Assembly: GCF_000760515.2 (NCBI RefSeq)
Contig: NW_013546289.1
Span: forward strand, 1-64,000
Direction: 5' to 3'
Origin: Mitosporidium daphniae
Lineage: Eukaryota
DNA length: 64,000 bases
The notes under the pieces are model-generated. The model did no database searches and had not been told where the DNA came from. It worked only from the letters and a program-made list of their open reading frames with translations. Positions within the stretch are counted from its first letter, which is position 1, and every line of letters begins with the position of its first letter. Made by a program: the position numbers and the translations under genes. This document shows positions 10,389 to 23,897 of this stretch, piece after piece.

Positions 10389-13062
10389 ATGAGTCTCCCA
10401 CTATCGTTTACCATTGGCGTTTGTGCCCTCGATAAAAAGTCCAGATCGGTTCCAATGAGAAACATTCTCGATAGATTAATTGGAAACTCTCCTAATAGTT
10501 TTTTTGAAACAATCATTTTCGGAGACAAAGTGATCTTGGAAGAGCCTATAGAGAGATGGCCTATTTGCGATTTTCTAATCGGATTTTACTCCACAGGATT
10601 TCCCTTGGCCAAGGCAATATCCTATATCCGCCTTAGAAAGCCCTTCTGCGTGAATGACCTTCAAATGCAATGGCTTTTGCTTGACAGAAGACTGGTGCTA
10701 TTGGCTTTGGATTTCATCGATATCTTGACTCCAAAGCGTCTTATTGTAAGCAGAGATGAGGGGCCAGAACTTCCAAATTCTATATCTCGAAAGGTTCTTA
10801 GGGCTTTCTGATTGCATAGATAGGCAGGGACTTTGGCATTGACTTTTTGGAGAGGCTCCATCGTCCATCCTATTGTGCCCATCTTTCCGATAGCGATACG
10901 CTACATGTCGGCATGGAGGAATTAAAAAAGCCATTTGTTGAAAAGCCTGTTTCGGGCGATGATCACAATATTTATATCTACTATTCCGGGGGTGGCGTCA
11001 GAAGGCTTTTTCGCAAAGTCGCAAACAAGTCAAGTGAATACGATCCGGCAGGATCAGAAATTCGCCTCAACGGCTCATACATTTACGAAGAGTTCTTAAC
11101 GGCCGATAAATTTGAGGACATCAAGGTGCATTTTTTGCTCATTTGGCCTAGGTTTACACTGTTGGTCCCTATTTTGCGTACGCAGAAACCAGAAAGTCGC
11201 CCACGGTCGATGGTGTCGTTCGTCGAAATGCGTCCGGAAAAGAATTGAGGGAAGAAACCACTCTAACCTCTACGGAGCAGGAAATTGCCCGGAGAATCTG
11301 CATGGCCTTTGGACAAACCATTTGTGGGTTTGACATGGTCCGAGTTGATGGGCGCTCATATGTGATCGATGTTAACGGGTGGTCATTTGTAAAGGGATCC
11401 TCTTATTATTATGATACATGCGCCTCAATATTAACACACACATTTATGAAGGCAGCAGCGGCCCTTCCCTTGAAATATCCATCAATTCATGAGCGTTCCT
11501 TGTCCAACCGTCCATCTTCTCCAATATCGAGGTCCTGGAGGCTAAAGACATACATCAGCTGCATCAGGCATGCCGATAGAACGCCCAAACAAAAACTGAA
11601 GTTTACCCTACCCGGAAATGATCTTTTCAAAACTTTTGAAAAAGCGAGATCAGAGCTGTACACTTATCAGCAGATAATTTTGCGAGAGCCTTCAGACCTA
11701 AAAAGACTGCATGTTTTCATTTCTGAAATGATTGTATCGATAACCAGTCAGGGCTCCCATGCACAACTCGAACCTCTTCTTTCTCAGCTTCGACCACTGC
11801 AAAGTCTAATAGAAGTCAGATCGGGGCACGCCGACACGAAAGTGCAGATTCGACTTCTTTCAGATTCGCTATCATTGCTGGTGGTTAAATGGGGCGGTGA
11901 ATTTACACATGCTGGTTGGCACCAGGCTCAAGAGTTTGGAGAATCTCTTCGAGCCGATCTGAAAATATTGAACAAGTCTCTTCTTGCCGATATTAGGATT
12001 TTTAGTTCTGAAGAACGTCGAGTCAAGGCCACGGCGACGATTACCGCAAAGGCGCTTTTACATCTTGCTAAATTGCCCTCTGGGCTTATAACTAACTCCC
12101 CAGACTTATTAGACGACAATTTGGAAGCAAAGGACGAAATGGAGTCCGTAAAGGCATCTATTAGTCAATATCTAAATGAAGCCTTCCAAAACGACCTTGA
12201 AACGACAAATTCATATGCCGGCGATCTGGCCAGGGACCCTTTGTCGTTTATTTCTCGATTAACCGCCCTTTTAAGCATTCATTATGTAAAATTCCTCGAC
12301 ACTTCGGTGACCGATTTCACTGGTCACAAATGGTGCTGTCTAGATTCGAGTATTTTGTGGAAGGAACGTTGGTTGAAAATATTTAAAGATGTGCTTCCGT
12401 TGAACTCTCCAAGCCTCCAGAATGTTCTTCCTCTCCAAAAAGAGCCTGGTCGAATTTGTGAGCTTTATGATTCTTTAAAATATGATGAAATTCACAATCG
12501 TGCCTTTTTAGATTATTTTTTTCTTGGTGCATCCCCAAGCTCTGGTTTGAAAGACTCCCTGCATGAGCTGTTTATTAGGACAAAAACGCTATACAATTGG
12601 GTCTCCATTTCTGAATATGGAATTTTACCCAGTGAAAAGCTATCTATTGGGAAAAAAATCATCAGAAAACTGTTGTTAAGGCTTGTTGAAGATTTGAGAG
12701 AAAGTACATCCCATTCAACGGCTCCCTCTTGCCGTCTATATTTTACCAAGGAATCACATATGTATCCCCTGTTAAATGTAATCCAATATGGTGGATTAAG
12801 CGCGTGGACTTCAAAGCCATATAATCAATGGGAATTGGACTACCTCTCTCAAATCACATTTGAGATCTATGAACGGTATCCCTCAGATGAGATATATGGG
12901 ATTCAAGCGGAACATTCTGTGAGAATAAGCTTAAGCCAAGGGGGATACAATCCGTCTATAATAGACGTCAATCTAGATGAAAAGCACTGCCTTAGTGTAG
13001 TTCCTCGTGAATGGATCACCGAGTATTTTCCCTTAGATAAGGCAATAGAAGCTCTTCAATAG
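10389..13062 (+). CDS. VIP1: Inositol hexakisphosphate/PP-IP5 kinase VIP1/PPIP5K (ATP-grasp kinase plus histidine acid phosphatase)
   Basis: WPICDFLIGFYSTGFPL, KPFVEKPVSGDDHNIYIYY, VIDVNGWSFVK, RHADRTPKQK. 26-nt introns at 10794-10819 and 11126-11151. Confidence 0.97.
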
Positions 13063-13175
13063 AGCGACCAATAATCGACTGCATTTTAATTAAATAAATT
13101 TACTGCCGTTATGCAATTTACAAAAAAGGTCAATTTTTAAAATTAAAATACACCGGTTTTTTTTCAAAAATACTC

Positions 13176-13961
13176 ATGATCCTTTATTCATCCTTTGGGT
13201 TGCTAACAAAAATACCTGGTTTATTGTGGCTTTATTCATCCTTTGGGTTGCTAACAAAAATACCTGGTTTATTGTGGAAAACTCAAAACTCTATTGCAAT
13301 GGTTGTTAATGCAGTTTTATATGCTATTATATTTGTTACCAGTCTTCACTTGGCCACTTCTTTCGAATTTTTCGGCCAAATTTTTATTGACGCGATTAAA
13401 AGTGTTGCTGAAAAGATGGAAGCTATTAGCAAATGGATGCCAGAGCTTATCAGTACTCCTTTCAAGTTATTTGATGCCGTTCCAGAGAAAGGGATCGTTT
13501 ACAACATATTATATTCCATGGTGTATGTAATTTCTACGATCCCATTTGTCTTTCGTACATTCGCTACAGTGCTGATATCTTTGCATTTTTACTGGCTGAT
13601 TTACAATAGATTTTTAACAAATCTCTTTTACTTGTGTATGCTTGATCTAGCCTTTTCAATCGTCGGCCTAAGGCTCATCCTTTTTTACATTTATGATCCC
13701 GAGATTTCGTCTATGAAAAGTAATTTCAATTCAATGGTGCCAGATTCGATTAACACTATCCTTAGACGAAAAACTCAATATCCTGGTCAACAGAACGCAA
13801 CACATAGCGATAATAGGTCCGGCAATCCCAAAATAGGCCTTCAGTTAAATCGAGTCAATCCAGGGTATGATCCAGCAGCTCAAACTGGTCACAGCATCTT
13901 GTCCGCTGTTTTGCTTGAGTTTCTCAATATTATGATGACTAAGAAATATGAAAATAAATAA
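13176..13961 (+). CDS. Hypothetical multi-pass membrane protein
   Basis: 261-aa ATG ORF with several hydrophobic segments. No family recognised. Confidence 0.6.
   Translation: MILYSSFGLLTKIPGLLWLYSSFGLLTKIPGLLWKTQNSIAMVVNAVLYAIIFVTSLHLATSFEFFGQIFIDAIKSVAEKMEAISKWMPELISTPFKLFDAVPEKGIVYNILYSMVYVISTIPFVFRTFATVLISLHFYWLIYNRFLTNLFYLCMLDLAFSIVGLRLILFYIYDPEISSMKSNFNSMVPDSINTILRRKTQYPGQQNATHSDNRSGNPKIGLQLNRVNPGYDPAAQTGHSILSAVLLEFLNIMMTKKYENK
13182..13277. repeat. Perfect 48-bp tandem duplication (LYSSFGLLTKIPGLLW x2)
   Basis: 13182-13229 is identical to 13230-13277. Confidence 0.95.
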
Positions 13962-13984
13962 CTCCTTTAATTGAATTTGATTTA

Positions 13985-16415
13985 TTATTTGATAGGATCA
14001 GTATTTTTTTGAGGTAGTTCTAACAACCACTTTTCAAAAGTAGAAAATACATTTTCAATGTGTGACTTTACATTAATACACTGTTCCAGCGTAGAAAAAA
14101 CCTCCCTTGCACAGTTTTCTTTTTCTTCAAGGCAAGATGCCACTAAATGGTCAAACTCAAGTGTGAATTTTTGAAGTAACTGTTGTGAGGCGAGGTATCC
14201 TCTGGCGGTTTCGCTTCTCATTTTGAGAAGCTCGCCCTCCAAATGGTCTATCTCAGCGGAAAGTGTGACGTTTTCATTGGAATACTGACTTTTTGAGTTG
14301 TTGTATTCCATTTCTGTTTTTCGAATTCTATCTTTTTAGAAATGTAAAAGCTACCTTTCCTCCATGCGCACCAGTTCATCTTGGCGGTCGGCTATGGTAT
14401 CTTTTAATGCAGAAATGGCCTCAGACTTTGTTGACAAGTGATTACTGATCGTTTGAAGCGAAGATAGCATTGAATCTTGAAGTGCGTATATAACAGGAAC
14501 TACCCCTTGTTTCAGATCCAAAGTGATGGGCGATTTGCTCAACATAGCCGCGGCCTTAGACCCACCTTCCAAGTGGTAATCTTTGCCATGGGCGTGCTTG
14601 GCATCTTTGGGAATAAGATGCAATCTCTCAGCTTTGCCATTATATTCGGATATAAGGAGATCTAGCCGTTAAAGTATCCCGCATACCAAGCTGATCAAGC
14701 CGGGAATTATTTTCCTTTTCTCTAAATGCCACTAGCCTAGTCCATTCGGACCTAGATGCCTTCAGTAAAGACAGCGTTTTTAATTGGTTTTCATTTTCGG
14801 CCTGCAATTTATCTGCTTCCGCTGGGGATATCTTTTGTGTTGAAACTAGGCGCTCCAGATTTGATTTGGACTCCAATGCAGCAATCTTTTCCGCCTCTAT
14901 TTTAAAACATAACGAGTGGTAACAAATACCTGTGCTTGATATTAGAGCCTGCACGTGAAGGATCCCAGAATGAAGCTTTTGTGCCTTTGAATCAAGATGC
15001 TTTTGAAACTTTCTAAATTTGTCGATGTCGTGTAATAGCATTGTGCGTTCTTTCTCAAGAACTACCAAGGCAGACTACAGATATTATAGGCAAATATCAT
15101 ACCTCTCGATCTTCCAACTGTTGAATTTCTCTTTCCAAACAAACAATTTCAGAGTGTAAAATTTCAGTCTCTTTATCCACGGAAGAAGTTTTCAGCAAAA
15201 AGTGGCTAGAGAGTTCAGTTTGCAACAACTCATAATTTTCATCTCCTGAAAGAAAAAGGCGATAGGCCGAAGAAAGATATGAAAAGTTGGATCCAATATT
15301 GATTTTGTTTCCGTTCAGCGAATCTATAGCCATATCTGCTACCAACATTGAGGGGTCGTTCGATTGAGCACCCGATACCTGCAGTTGGTCACAGCACAGG
15401 ATCAAATCTACGAGCCATTGTAGCATTGCGAGAAGGCTGGGCCATGCATGCATAGATCCGACTGCGTAAAGATGGCTTTTACTGATATCATTTGCGAAAG
15501 GATATCTAAAAAAAGTCAATTTCCTTACCTTAAGCTCTTCAATAAAACCGGGACTTCTTCTTCAAATTTCTTATCAGACGTCCAAATGAAAGTAGGGTCC
15601 AATTGAGCATATAAAAATTTAAATATCGAAGCAAAATCCTTTGCAGATGGAGAAGAAAGCAGCTTTGGAGACAGAGGTCGGTCATATCCGCACTCGGACA
15701 AAAATTTTATGAGAGATTTGATGCAGGAGAATTGAAAGTTTTTCTCCCTAAGGGGCCGCGGATCCTTACCTGGGGGAGGACCCATTAGTCCCGTTGACGA
15801 AACTTGCGATAAGCCAGTTGGAAGGGCTGCTGTTCCGCTTAGAGATACTCGATTTGATCCTTGTTGTCCAATAGCAACAGACGCTCTTCGCATCGAATGG
15901 CTCGAAGACATTAGTGGATTGGCATTTGAATTGGCAATAGAATTCGCAAGAGAGAGCCGTCCAATATTTGAGCCAACCGCGATAGAGGAAGCGGTCGCAT
16001 TTTTTCCATCGTTTTCTTTTCTTAGAGAAAGCTGACTTAAATCAGAAGCAACACAATCGGGGAAATGGTCTCGATAAGGAGACGAGGTGGATGATATCAG
16101 CTGCTGTGGTGATGGCGATCTAATCACATCAGATCGTCCAATGGGCGAAGGTGTTGGTCGAGTAGCAGCATTCCCCAAGCTGGGCCGTGAACGATCAGAA
16201 TAAAACTCATCCACGGTCCTATCGTTTTCATTGCTGGCGATTCGCAGCAAAGCACATGGCGTTGCTCGAAAAGCTTCTGGAGGCTGGATATTATGCATCT
16301 GCTTTGGTGTGAAAGTTGGGGAGGAGAGAAGAGGCGGGGGCCGCTTGCTACCAAGAGAAACGCCACCATCCGAAGAAAAGGGATTAGACGAGCACGCAGC
16401 CGACTTGGAATTCAT
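13985..16415 (-). CDS. NDC80: Kinetochore protein NDC80/HEC1, multi-exon
   Basis: DPRPLREKNFQ...PSAKDFASIFKFLY...KFEEEVPVLLKSLR|YPFANDISKSHLYAVGSMHAWPSLLAMLQWL, followed by a long coiled coil. Confidence 0.95.
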
Positions 16416-16487
16416 GAAGAGCTGTTAGTAAAATTGGCGGTAATTTTTCAATCCGAACCTTAAATTTTAATTCTCTTGTATCGGTAA

Positions 16488-17253
16488 ATGGATGTCTATG
16501 GCAGTTTGAGGGATGAACTTTCCAAACTTTTACTTTCGCTGGAAAAGACCTCATCCCCAAACTTGCAGGCTCTCAAAGAGGCAAAGAATATTGTATGCTT
16601 TCATTTTCCTAACGTAGCTCCAACAAATGCACGCTGAGGCCTCCTCCCTCACGTTTCCACAAGGCATTCGACTTCGTTGCCAGGACGAAATGTCGACTTT
16701 TCAAAACAGAATCCAGAATTTGGAAACGGTAGCAACTTTTTTCCTTTTCATCATATAGGGTCTCCTTAAGAATAACAAAAACCCATTTTTCTTGCAAGAA
16801 ATGGAGGAGGGCACTCTATATGGGTTTACAGATCAGATTTCGTCCTCGTCGGCACGGGACGCCTTGTTAAGTGGGGCAAGAGAGAAATATTCTCCCCATC
16901 CGCTGAGCTCTTCAGTGTTTGATGAGCATAGCGTTCGTCTTGAAGACTCCTGCAGGAAGGCTGGCGATATCGAAAGAATGGGACACTCCATATTGGACTC
17001 TCTGCGAAAGCAGCGAGAGCAACTGGAGCACATCAATTTTAGCGTAACCCATGTAGCAATACAATTTTTAGCTTGGAGCAGCAGAGATGCATGTGACTAC
17101 AAGTAAGAGGGTAGTTGGCCGAATGATCAGAAAGTACATTTTCGTACGTTCTTTCCATGTAGAATCAAAACAGACAAAGCCTTACGGCTTCTGCTGATAT
17201 CTGGCCTAGCGCTTTTGCTCATCGTTGTGGTGCTGATAAGGTTAAGGCACTGA
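16488..17253 (+). CDS. VTI1: Qb-SNARE, VTI1-like, multi-exon
   Basis: Habc-like N-terminus; SNARE motif RLEDSCRKAGDIERMGHSILDSLRKQREQL; C-terminal TM LLLISGLALLLIVVVLI. First intron 16593-16617 (25 nt, CCTAAC branch point). Confidence 0.75.
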
Positions 17254-17304
17254 GGGGATTTATTATTATCGTCTTATAACATAAAAATTACAACGACCAT
17301 TCGC

Positions 17305-18356
17305 TCACTCTTCCTTTTGTCCCACAAGGTTCCTTTGCATCCAGGCCGTGACTTGGTCGTAGACCACAAGCAAAATGCCACCACCGGGGCCAAGACGCAA
17401 CACCTTTGGAGTGTAGCCTTTATAAAGGGCTGAGATTCCCTCTTCCGCGGCAACAGACCGCAATGCTGGAAGGGTCCATGAATACTTCGGATCGAGAGCT
17501 CCAGGCTTTTGGGCCTGTATACGCGACTTTATTACATCAAATGGGATGTTGATGGTGGTCGCAATAAAGCCCCCAATTGTTCCTGCGATCAAACTATTCA
17601 ATGTCGCTTGCTGATCGGTCTATGGCATCAGTAAAAATTTCACGTCAAACCTTTGCTTCGGGCATCGAATTTTTGAGCGTCGTAATCATCCCAAAATAAG
17701 CACCATTCCAAACGGAATGGCGCCATATTGTCGCTTCAATTCCTCGAAAGAACCCACGTGCACCTATTAACATCAACGCAAAAACAATAACCTAAGTAAA
17801 TTAAAACGAGCTATAAAAGGAACCCTCCACTGCAAATATCTTTTTCACGACATCAAAGGTGTTGCGATATAGACCGGCATTGGACTTGTCTTGCATCTGG
17901 ATCTTGACAAGCTCAAATGAGACAATCATGGTGGCCTCCAAAATTCCCGATGAAACACCAGTAGCAACAGAGAGCATTCGAGACTTTTCCCATCCAAAGG
18001 CATCCTTGTAGGCCCTGCCAAAAAACTCATTGGCCCCGAATTTAGTTGCTCGTTTTGGAGCTTCCACAAGAACAGGAGCGAGAATTCCTCGATATAAAGA
18101 TCCGAACCCTTCGTTGCGAATCATTTTTTTAAAGGTACCCAGAATCGAAGAGTAAGAATCGGGTCCGGCTGCACCGCTACCCACTTGCAATTGGAAGCGC
18201 GTCTTGACGACTATTATTAAATGGAAAATGAGTACCATCTAGCGGATACATTACCAGGATTTCGGTGACCCCAGCTATGCCTCCGGCAGCAAATTGTAGC
18301 GGGGCTGGGAGAGGCGGTAGCACCGCTCGCTGCTGGACATTGGCGGAGCTCGTCAT
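17305..18356 (-). CDS. ODC1: Mitochondrial 2-oxodicarboxylate carrier (ODC1/SLC25A21)
   Basis: QFAAGGIAGVTEILVMYPLDVVKTRFQL, EAPKRATKF, WRHSVWNGAYFG, LYKGYTPKVLRLGPGGGILLVV. Confidence 0.93.
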
Positions 18357-18631
18357 ATGGCAGTAAAATCTAAAAATTGCTAGTATTTCTGATTTTAATT
18401 ACCTGCTATGTAAGCGATTTTTAGGATTAGGGTTAGAAGATGCGGTGATTGTGAACATAAACTGGACGCTAACTTGGTGCATGTATGTGTGCAATCTGAC
18501 CTCGATTGGGCTTCGGAGTTGCACTGGAAATTGGTGTCTCAATGTGGCCGCTTGCAATTTTTGAATGCAATTGCTCATTATGTGATTTTTGGTCGTCTTT
18601 TTTACTGTTTTGCTTGGAATGTCATCAAAAG

Positions 18632-19770
18632 TCACGACTGCACACTGGGATGCACAAGTCTTTCCGAAAATGCTTTTAGGGCAGCTGGACCGCGGACCTC
18701 AGAGTTAAGCAGGGGCAGCTGGACAATATGGAAATCCTCATAGAGCTCTATAATTTGGTCCAGATATTTTTTCTGGATCTTTCTGCGGGCCATGCACATG
18801 TCACAAGACGAGCTCGATGCTAAATCGGTCAAAAATGCAACAAACTACCATTGGAAGAAGTGGAGGGCGGTACCAGTTGATTTACGATTATGTTGTGTGT
18901 ATCGATTCCAAAAACGGCAAGTTCCTGCACCATTCTTTCTGTCTCGTAGAGAGACAGAAACTCGGCAATGCAGACGCACACAAATGTCGTTTTGGTGGCA
19001 TCTTTGAACTGAGCATTGACTTCATCGGTTATTGTTCGCAATTCTGCAATCTTTGAGAAAATCGTAGTTGGGTTAAATGATCCTGCTGCAGATGATCCCA
19101 GACCAAGTAGTCCCGACATCTGCTGGATCATTGGCCCAAAACGGGTGTGAAGATCGGATAACTTTGCAAAGGCTTTGGACATGATCGATGGGAAGGACAA
19201 GAAGCGGAGCGTGTGCCCCGTAGGCGCGGTATCAAACACAACTGTTGAATATTCCATTGATTTGACGAGCCTAAAAGTAAGAAAGAATCCATGAAACGGT
19301 ACTTCATGATCTCTGCAAATCCCATGGCCTCGTCAACTCCAGGGATTGATGTTCCGATTTCATTCATGATTCCCTTAAAAGACGGGAGCTCTTCTCGCTC
19401 ATCTTCGGCATTGCTGACGGACGATGAAAACTCTACAGAAAGCTCTTCAAATGTGGCAGCCGGGTCTATTTCCTTGGAAAAGTAAAAAAAGATAACCCAA
19501 CCATTGCAAACAGATTTTCAAACCCGGATATTGCTGTCGGGGTTCTTCCGAATTTCTGGCCAAACGCATCGGAAAGGTTGTGAGCGGGATCCGTAGATAT
19601 CAGCAACACGTTCTTTCTGAACTTGCTCAACTGGATAGCAAGAGAGCAGCTATTCAAAATTGAATTTTGCGCATGTACCTTGTGGTAGTTTTTCCCACGC
19701 CACCTTTGCCCCCCACGAAAATCCATTTCAGCGACTGCTGTTGAAGAATGTTATCCAAGGTCCCCTCCAT
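18632..19770 (-). CDS. GET3: GET3/ASNA1 ATPase (tail-anchored protein targeting), multi-exon
   Basis: [70 protein letters not shown]. Confidence 0.97.
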
Positions 19771-21066
19771 CAAAGACAAATTAAGTTTAAAATTACAGCT
19801 GGGATTGCAATTTATTTAGCCACGCAAAAATTATTTGGGAGTACATTTGAAGTAACTTTGTCAAGGAGGCGATACAAACATTTCAAAAAAGAGCCACGCG
19901 CCACTGCCAGATAGCGCGAGACCATCAGAAAGCTTGGTAAATTGGTATTTTTGCGATGACCGCCTTTTGTGATGCGATATTTTCCAGCCCTGTAAAAAGT
20001 TTAAAAATGATCGTTCAAAAAAAGCAACCGAAATGAAAGAACAGCCCACTTATCGGAGTGATTTGTTTTTTGGATGATCTACTTTAGTGATTGATATCAA
20101 AATTTCCGTCAACATAGCATATATTGATTGGCACTGAAGAATTCTGCTCAGGTTTGAAACCTGAGACCCCTATAAAATGTTTAGAAGTGTATTTTCAGCT
20201 TGGGGAAAAGTATTTAATTTCCGATCTCGCTTGACAACACAAAAAACAAGAAATATGATCCGTATTATTGGAATGAAAAATATACATCACGCTGTGGTTG
20301 CAGAGTAAAGAAAGGTTTGCTTTGCAATTGAAATACTAAGCAAATAGCCTACTTGATAAAGCAAAAACGCCATTTGCTCAAGCAAATCTTCATATACAGA
20401 GTTTTTGCTTTCTTTTAGTCTAAATGATTGTGCTTCTCCATTATTTTCTTTACTTTCCATGATTTTCTGAAATTATATGGCTTGCTACTTTGGAAATTAA
20501 TTTGTCTTTAATAATAAATTTTGATCTTAAACTATCAAAAGAGTATCTTTCATCAATATCTAACACAATCTTGAAGACGGCAACACATGTTCATAGGATC
20601 GAGATCAAATAGGTAGTTAAGCTGACTATAGATTTGAAACCAGAAGCTTATCGACGTAGATTTCGGAGATTATACTTTTTTACTCTGATATCCGATGCTA
20701 AACACACTTGTGTTTGACCATAGGAATGGAATATTGTGCTCAAAATTGACTCAATCGTGCAAGCAATAAGCCGAAAAACTATTCTGCTAATCTTTATAGT
20801 GTTGTATTTCCGCTTGATTTTTAAAAATAGCCGCTAGAGATTATCTTGATAAACATCAAAATCATGGGATCAAGACGATTCCATTTCAAATAAACAGACC
20901 ATAATCATATTTTCCAACGAATATTTTGCCATAGGTCGACATCAATATGCAGCGGGTGTACAAATTACTAAAATCGCGAAAAATAGTACAATACAATTTG
21001 AGCTTTACATTATGATGTATCCCATAATTGCAAATGCTTCAGAAAGGCAGAAATGCAAAAATAAAT

Positions 21067-21134
21067 GAGACAATCGATCTTTGAAAGGAACGAGACAATC
21101 GATCTTTGAAAGGAACGAGACAATCGATCTTTGA
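21067..21134. repeat. 25-bp tandem repeat x2.7 (GAGACAATCGATCTTTGAAAGGAAC)
   Basis: Directly visible, with identical units and no spacers. Confidence 0.95.
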
Positions 21135-21643
21135 GCGTAAATTTGAGTTTCATATAAAAATTATAAGAACGAGATAATCAAAAGCATGAAAAATACAAGG
21201 ATATTACTTGAAAAGTAAGACTGTTGGAAGCTTTTTTGTTCAGACAGATTGGTAAATCTCTGAGCAGACAAAAAAGACATTTACAAAAATATAAGATTCA
21301 TACTCTAAAGGAGAAAACTTGTCAGATTACAGCAATTAGAGTCGCTTGAAAATAGACGGCTCACCATTAATAAATGACCGAAAGTCGCTCGGATCACATA
21401 TTATTTTAATATTATAACATGAAGATTGCGTTGAAACGAAAAGCATATCGAACTTGACAATTTCAAGGATCTGGCTCCGCATTCTCTATAAATTTGATAT
21501 CGATGTAGGTCTTGGAATATGGAGCGAGAGACGAAGATGATATGATTAATGCCGTTTACTGAAAAATCGCGAGTAAGGTTTATTAAATAATAATTTAAAT
21601 TTCATTCTAGTTTCATAATGATTTGTATAAATTTGATAATTAA

Positions 21644-22315
21644 ATGTTTTCAATGTTTTGTGTAAATCGCGATTTGCACCAATTATCTTGTGATTTAGTA
21701 TATGTACATGATGCATCTATCATGTCGAATTTTTACACCACTGATATGCAAGTGCCTTCTCCCCTCATCAAGGCTACATTAATATGTGTGCTTTTTCTTT
21801 TTGTTGGAAGCATTATTATGTATTTTGGCATTTTCAGGGACTCATCCATATCAACGGAATCAGGTGTTTTAGAAAACTCGCCTCAAAAAACCTCTTCGAT
21901 ATCTCCAGCACCCATACTTGTGCCAAACTTAAAAGGATTAACAGCGGAATCTGCAGAGCTCGCGCGAGATAATTTGACAGGAACAACTATCCCGATACTT
22001 ACTCCAGCATTTGACTTCTTGACCTCAAAAGTTGGGAAATACTGGTGTGAGATCGCGATCGCCTCAGCATCTGTGATTTTTGGAGCCGCAGTTGTTGCCT
22101 TTTATCAAAGTTTTAAAACGATAGCCTCCCCTCGCAATTTTTTTTCATTTGTGACCCATTTTTGTTTTTGTTTCGACTCCAAATACGTGCTCCTTTATAT
22201 CATAGTTTTCTTGCCAGTATTAATTTTCGTTTTTAAATTTTCTCTTACACTTTTCTCTTGGATTGAAAAAAGTATTATTGATTTTTTCAATTACGTTTTT
22301 GGTCCAACTAAGTAG
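21644..22315 (+). CDS. Orphan membrane protein (about 3 TM segments)
   Basis: Intronless 223-aa ORF in AT-rich DNA with hydrophobic stretches. The true start may be a downstream ATG. Confidence 0.55.
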   Translation: MFSMFCVNRDLHQLSCDLVYVHDASIMSNFYTTDMQVPSPLIKATLICVLFLFVGSIIMYFGIFRDSSISTESGVLENSPQKTSSISPAPILVPNLKGLTAESAELARDNLTGTTIPILTPAFDFLTSKVGKYWCEIAIASASVIFGAAVVAFYQSFKTIASPRNFFSFVTHFCFCFDSKYVLLYIIVFLPVLIFVFKFSLTLFSWIEKSIIDFFNYVFGPTK

Positions 22316-23897
22316 GATAAAACCTTACCATCCATGACATCCTTGTTTTGAAAAGTAAAGCAGTTGAATTAAATTTGAATTTTTTAGCAACCTGTGCCTA
22401 TTTTAATTAGGCCTTTTGGACTTCAAAAATACCAGCATCGGCAAGATTTAACCCTTCGATCGTTTTTGTAGTGCTGATTGTATCGTTGGAGCAGTTTATT
22501 GGGCAGATTTTGAAAATCCCTAGGCTGAAATGTGCTGTAGGGCCTCTAGAACTTGTATTCCCTTGAAAAACTTGGGCCAGGCCAAGGTGGTGACCCATAA
22601 TGCATTAGATCTTGCCATACTTGCCATACTTGCCATTATAGCTTTATTAATATTCAATCTGTTTTAACGCCTAAATAAATCCACCATAAATACTGCCGAA
22701 TGATCAATAAAACCAATAAATTCAACCGTTCTAAGCTCCTTGGCGAATAGTCCTATAAGGATATTCTCCTATTTTGGAGTGACCAATTTAAGCGTATGCT
22801 GTTCATAGCAGGCATGCATTACTGGAATAGGATAACCATGTTGGTGCACCATATATTCCATGAATTTATTTGGATGGTTGTTAAATTTGGCCTTCCCACT
22901 GAACGATATTGAAAAGCTCTGAAAAACTACCGCCTCATAAATGTTGGCCAAAATTCAAAATACCTTGCACATTTATTCTCTAAATTTTTTTTTAAATTCA
23001 TCGATGCATTAATGAAGGCCATCAGAGTGTGTGTGAAGCTTACAATATTTATGGACGTTAAATCGGGACACAAATGGATATTCAATCGCAAACTGTACCA
23101 AAAAATCAGACCGTTTGTCTAATATAACCCTTTCGTCCAATCTTTTTTTTGACTGCCAATTGCTTCCGAGTTGAGCACAAATGCAGACTTATTGCTATTT
23201 CCCGTCTTTTTGAGGTTATATTGACCTTTGCACATATTTTGCATCGATATTTAAGCCTAAGATTTACAGAAAACCGGCTAACCGATGTTCGTCGGAAACA
23301 TTTATTGATATAAAATCTTCTCAGCATGCTTTTGCGCTTGGTTTTTTATTTGCTCCAAGAAACGTTCTCGGCATGAATTACCTTCCTTCAAGCCTTGGAT
23401 CTATCTGCAGCCTTCAAGCCTTGTTGAGGATTCTAGAAAAAGGCTCTTACATGTTTACTTAACACATCTATAGCCACCACAGTAACTATTTATGAGCTAC
23501 CCGCAGACACTCATCACAAAACAGAGTGATGATCAAAAAAATTAATAAAAGGGACAAAATGATCGTTTGAAGCGGACAGGTATCAGCTGTCAGCTCTTTG
23601 AACCACATGAGGATATAATTTTTGGCCCCTTTATACGAAAGGTTCACAAGCCCCTACATCACTCAATGAAAAGATTAGAAATTGATTAAAAGTAGCTTTA
23701 ATTTGGGGTGGTAGTTGAAATCTATTTTTAAACTCATGCTCTTGCCAAATCAAGATTAGCGAATAAATAGATCGCACGTAATTCGTAACAAATATTTCCG
23801 TTTACATATCAGTAATGATCCCACGCTGCGGGTTGCAGCGACCAACCCTAGAATTGAGTTTGAAATTCACAGGCCTTACTATTAAGCCTTCGAAAGT

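Noticed and set aside
18399..18575. U1 snRNA-like words (TTACCTG, TTGCACT, AATTTTTG) between ODC1 and GET3
   Set aside because: The 5' end is not ACTTACCTG, there is no U1-70K loop, and the spacing is inconsistent with U1 structure.
21067..21134. CRISPR-like 25-bp repeats
   Set aside because: The units are contiguous with no spacers, there are no cas genes, and the context is eukaryotic.
22407..23327. Small minus-strand ORFs in the AT-rich island
   Set aside because: They are 60-73 aa, with no motif or coherent exon chain recognisable.
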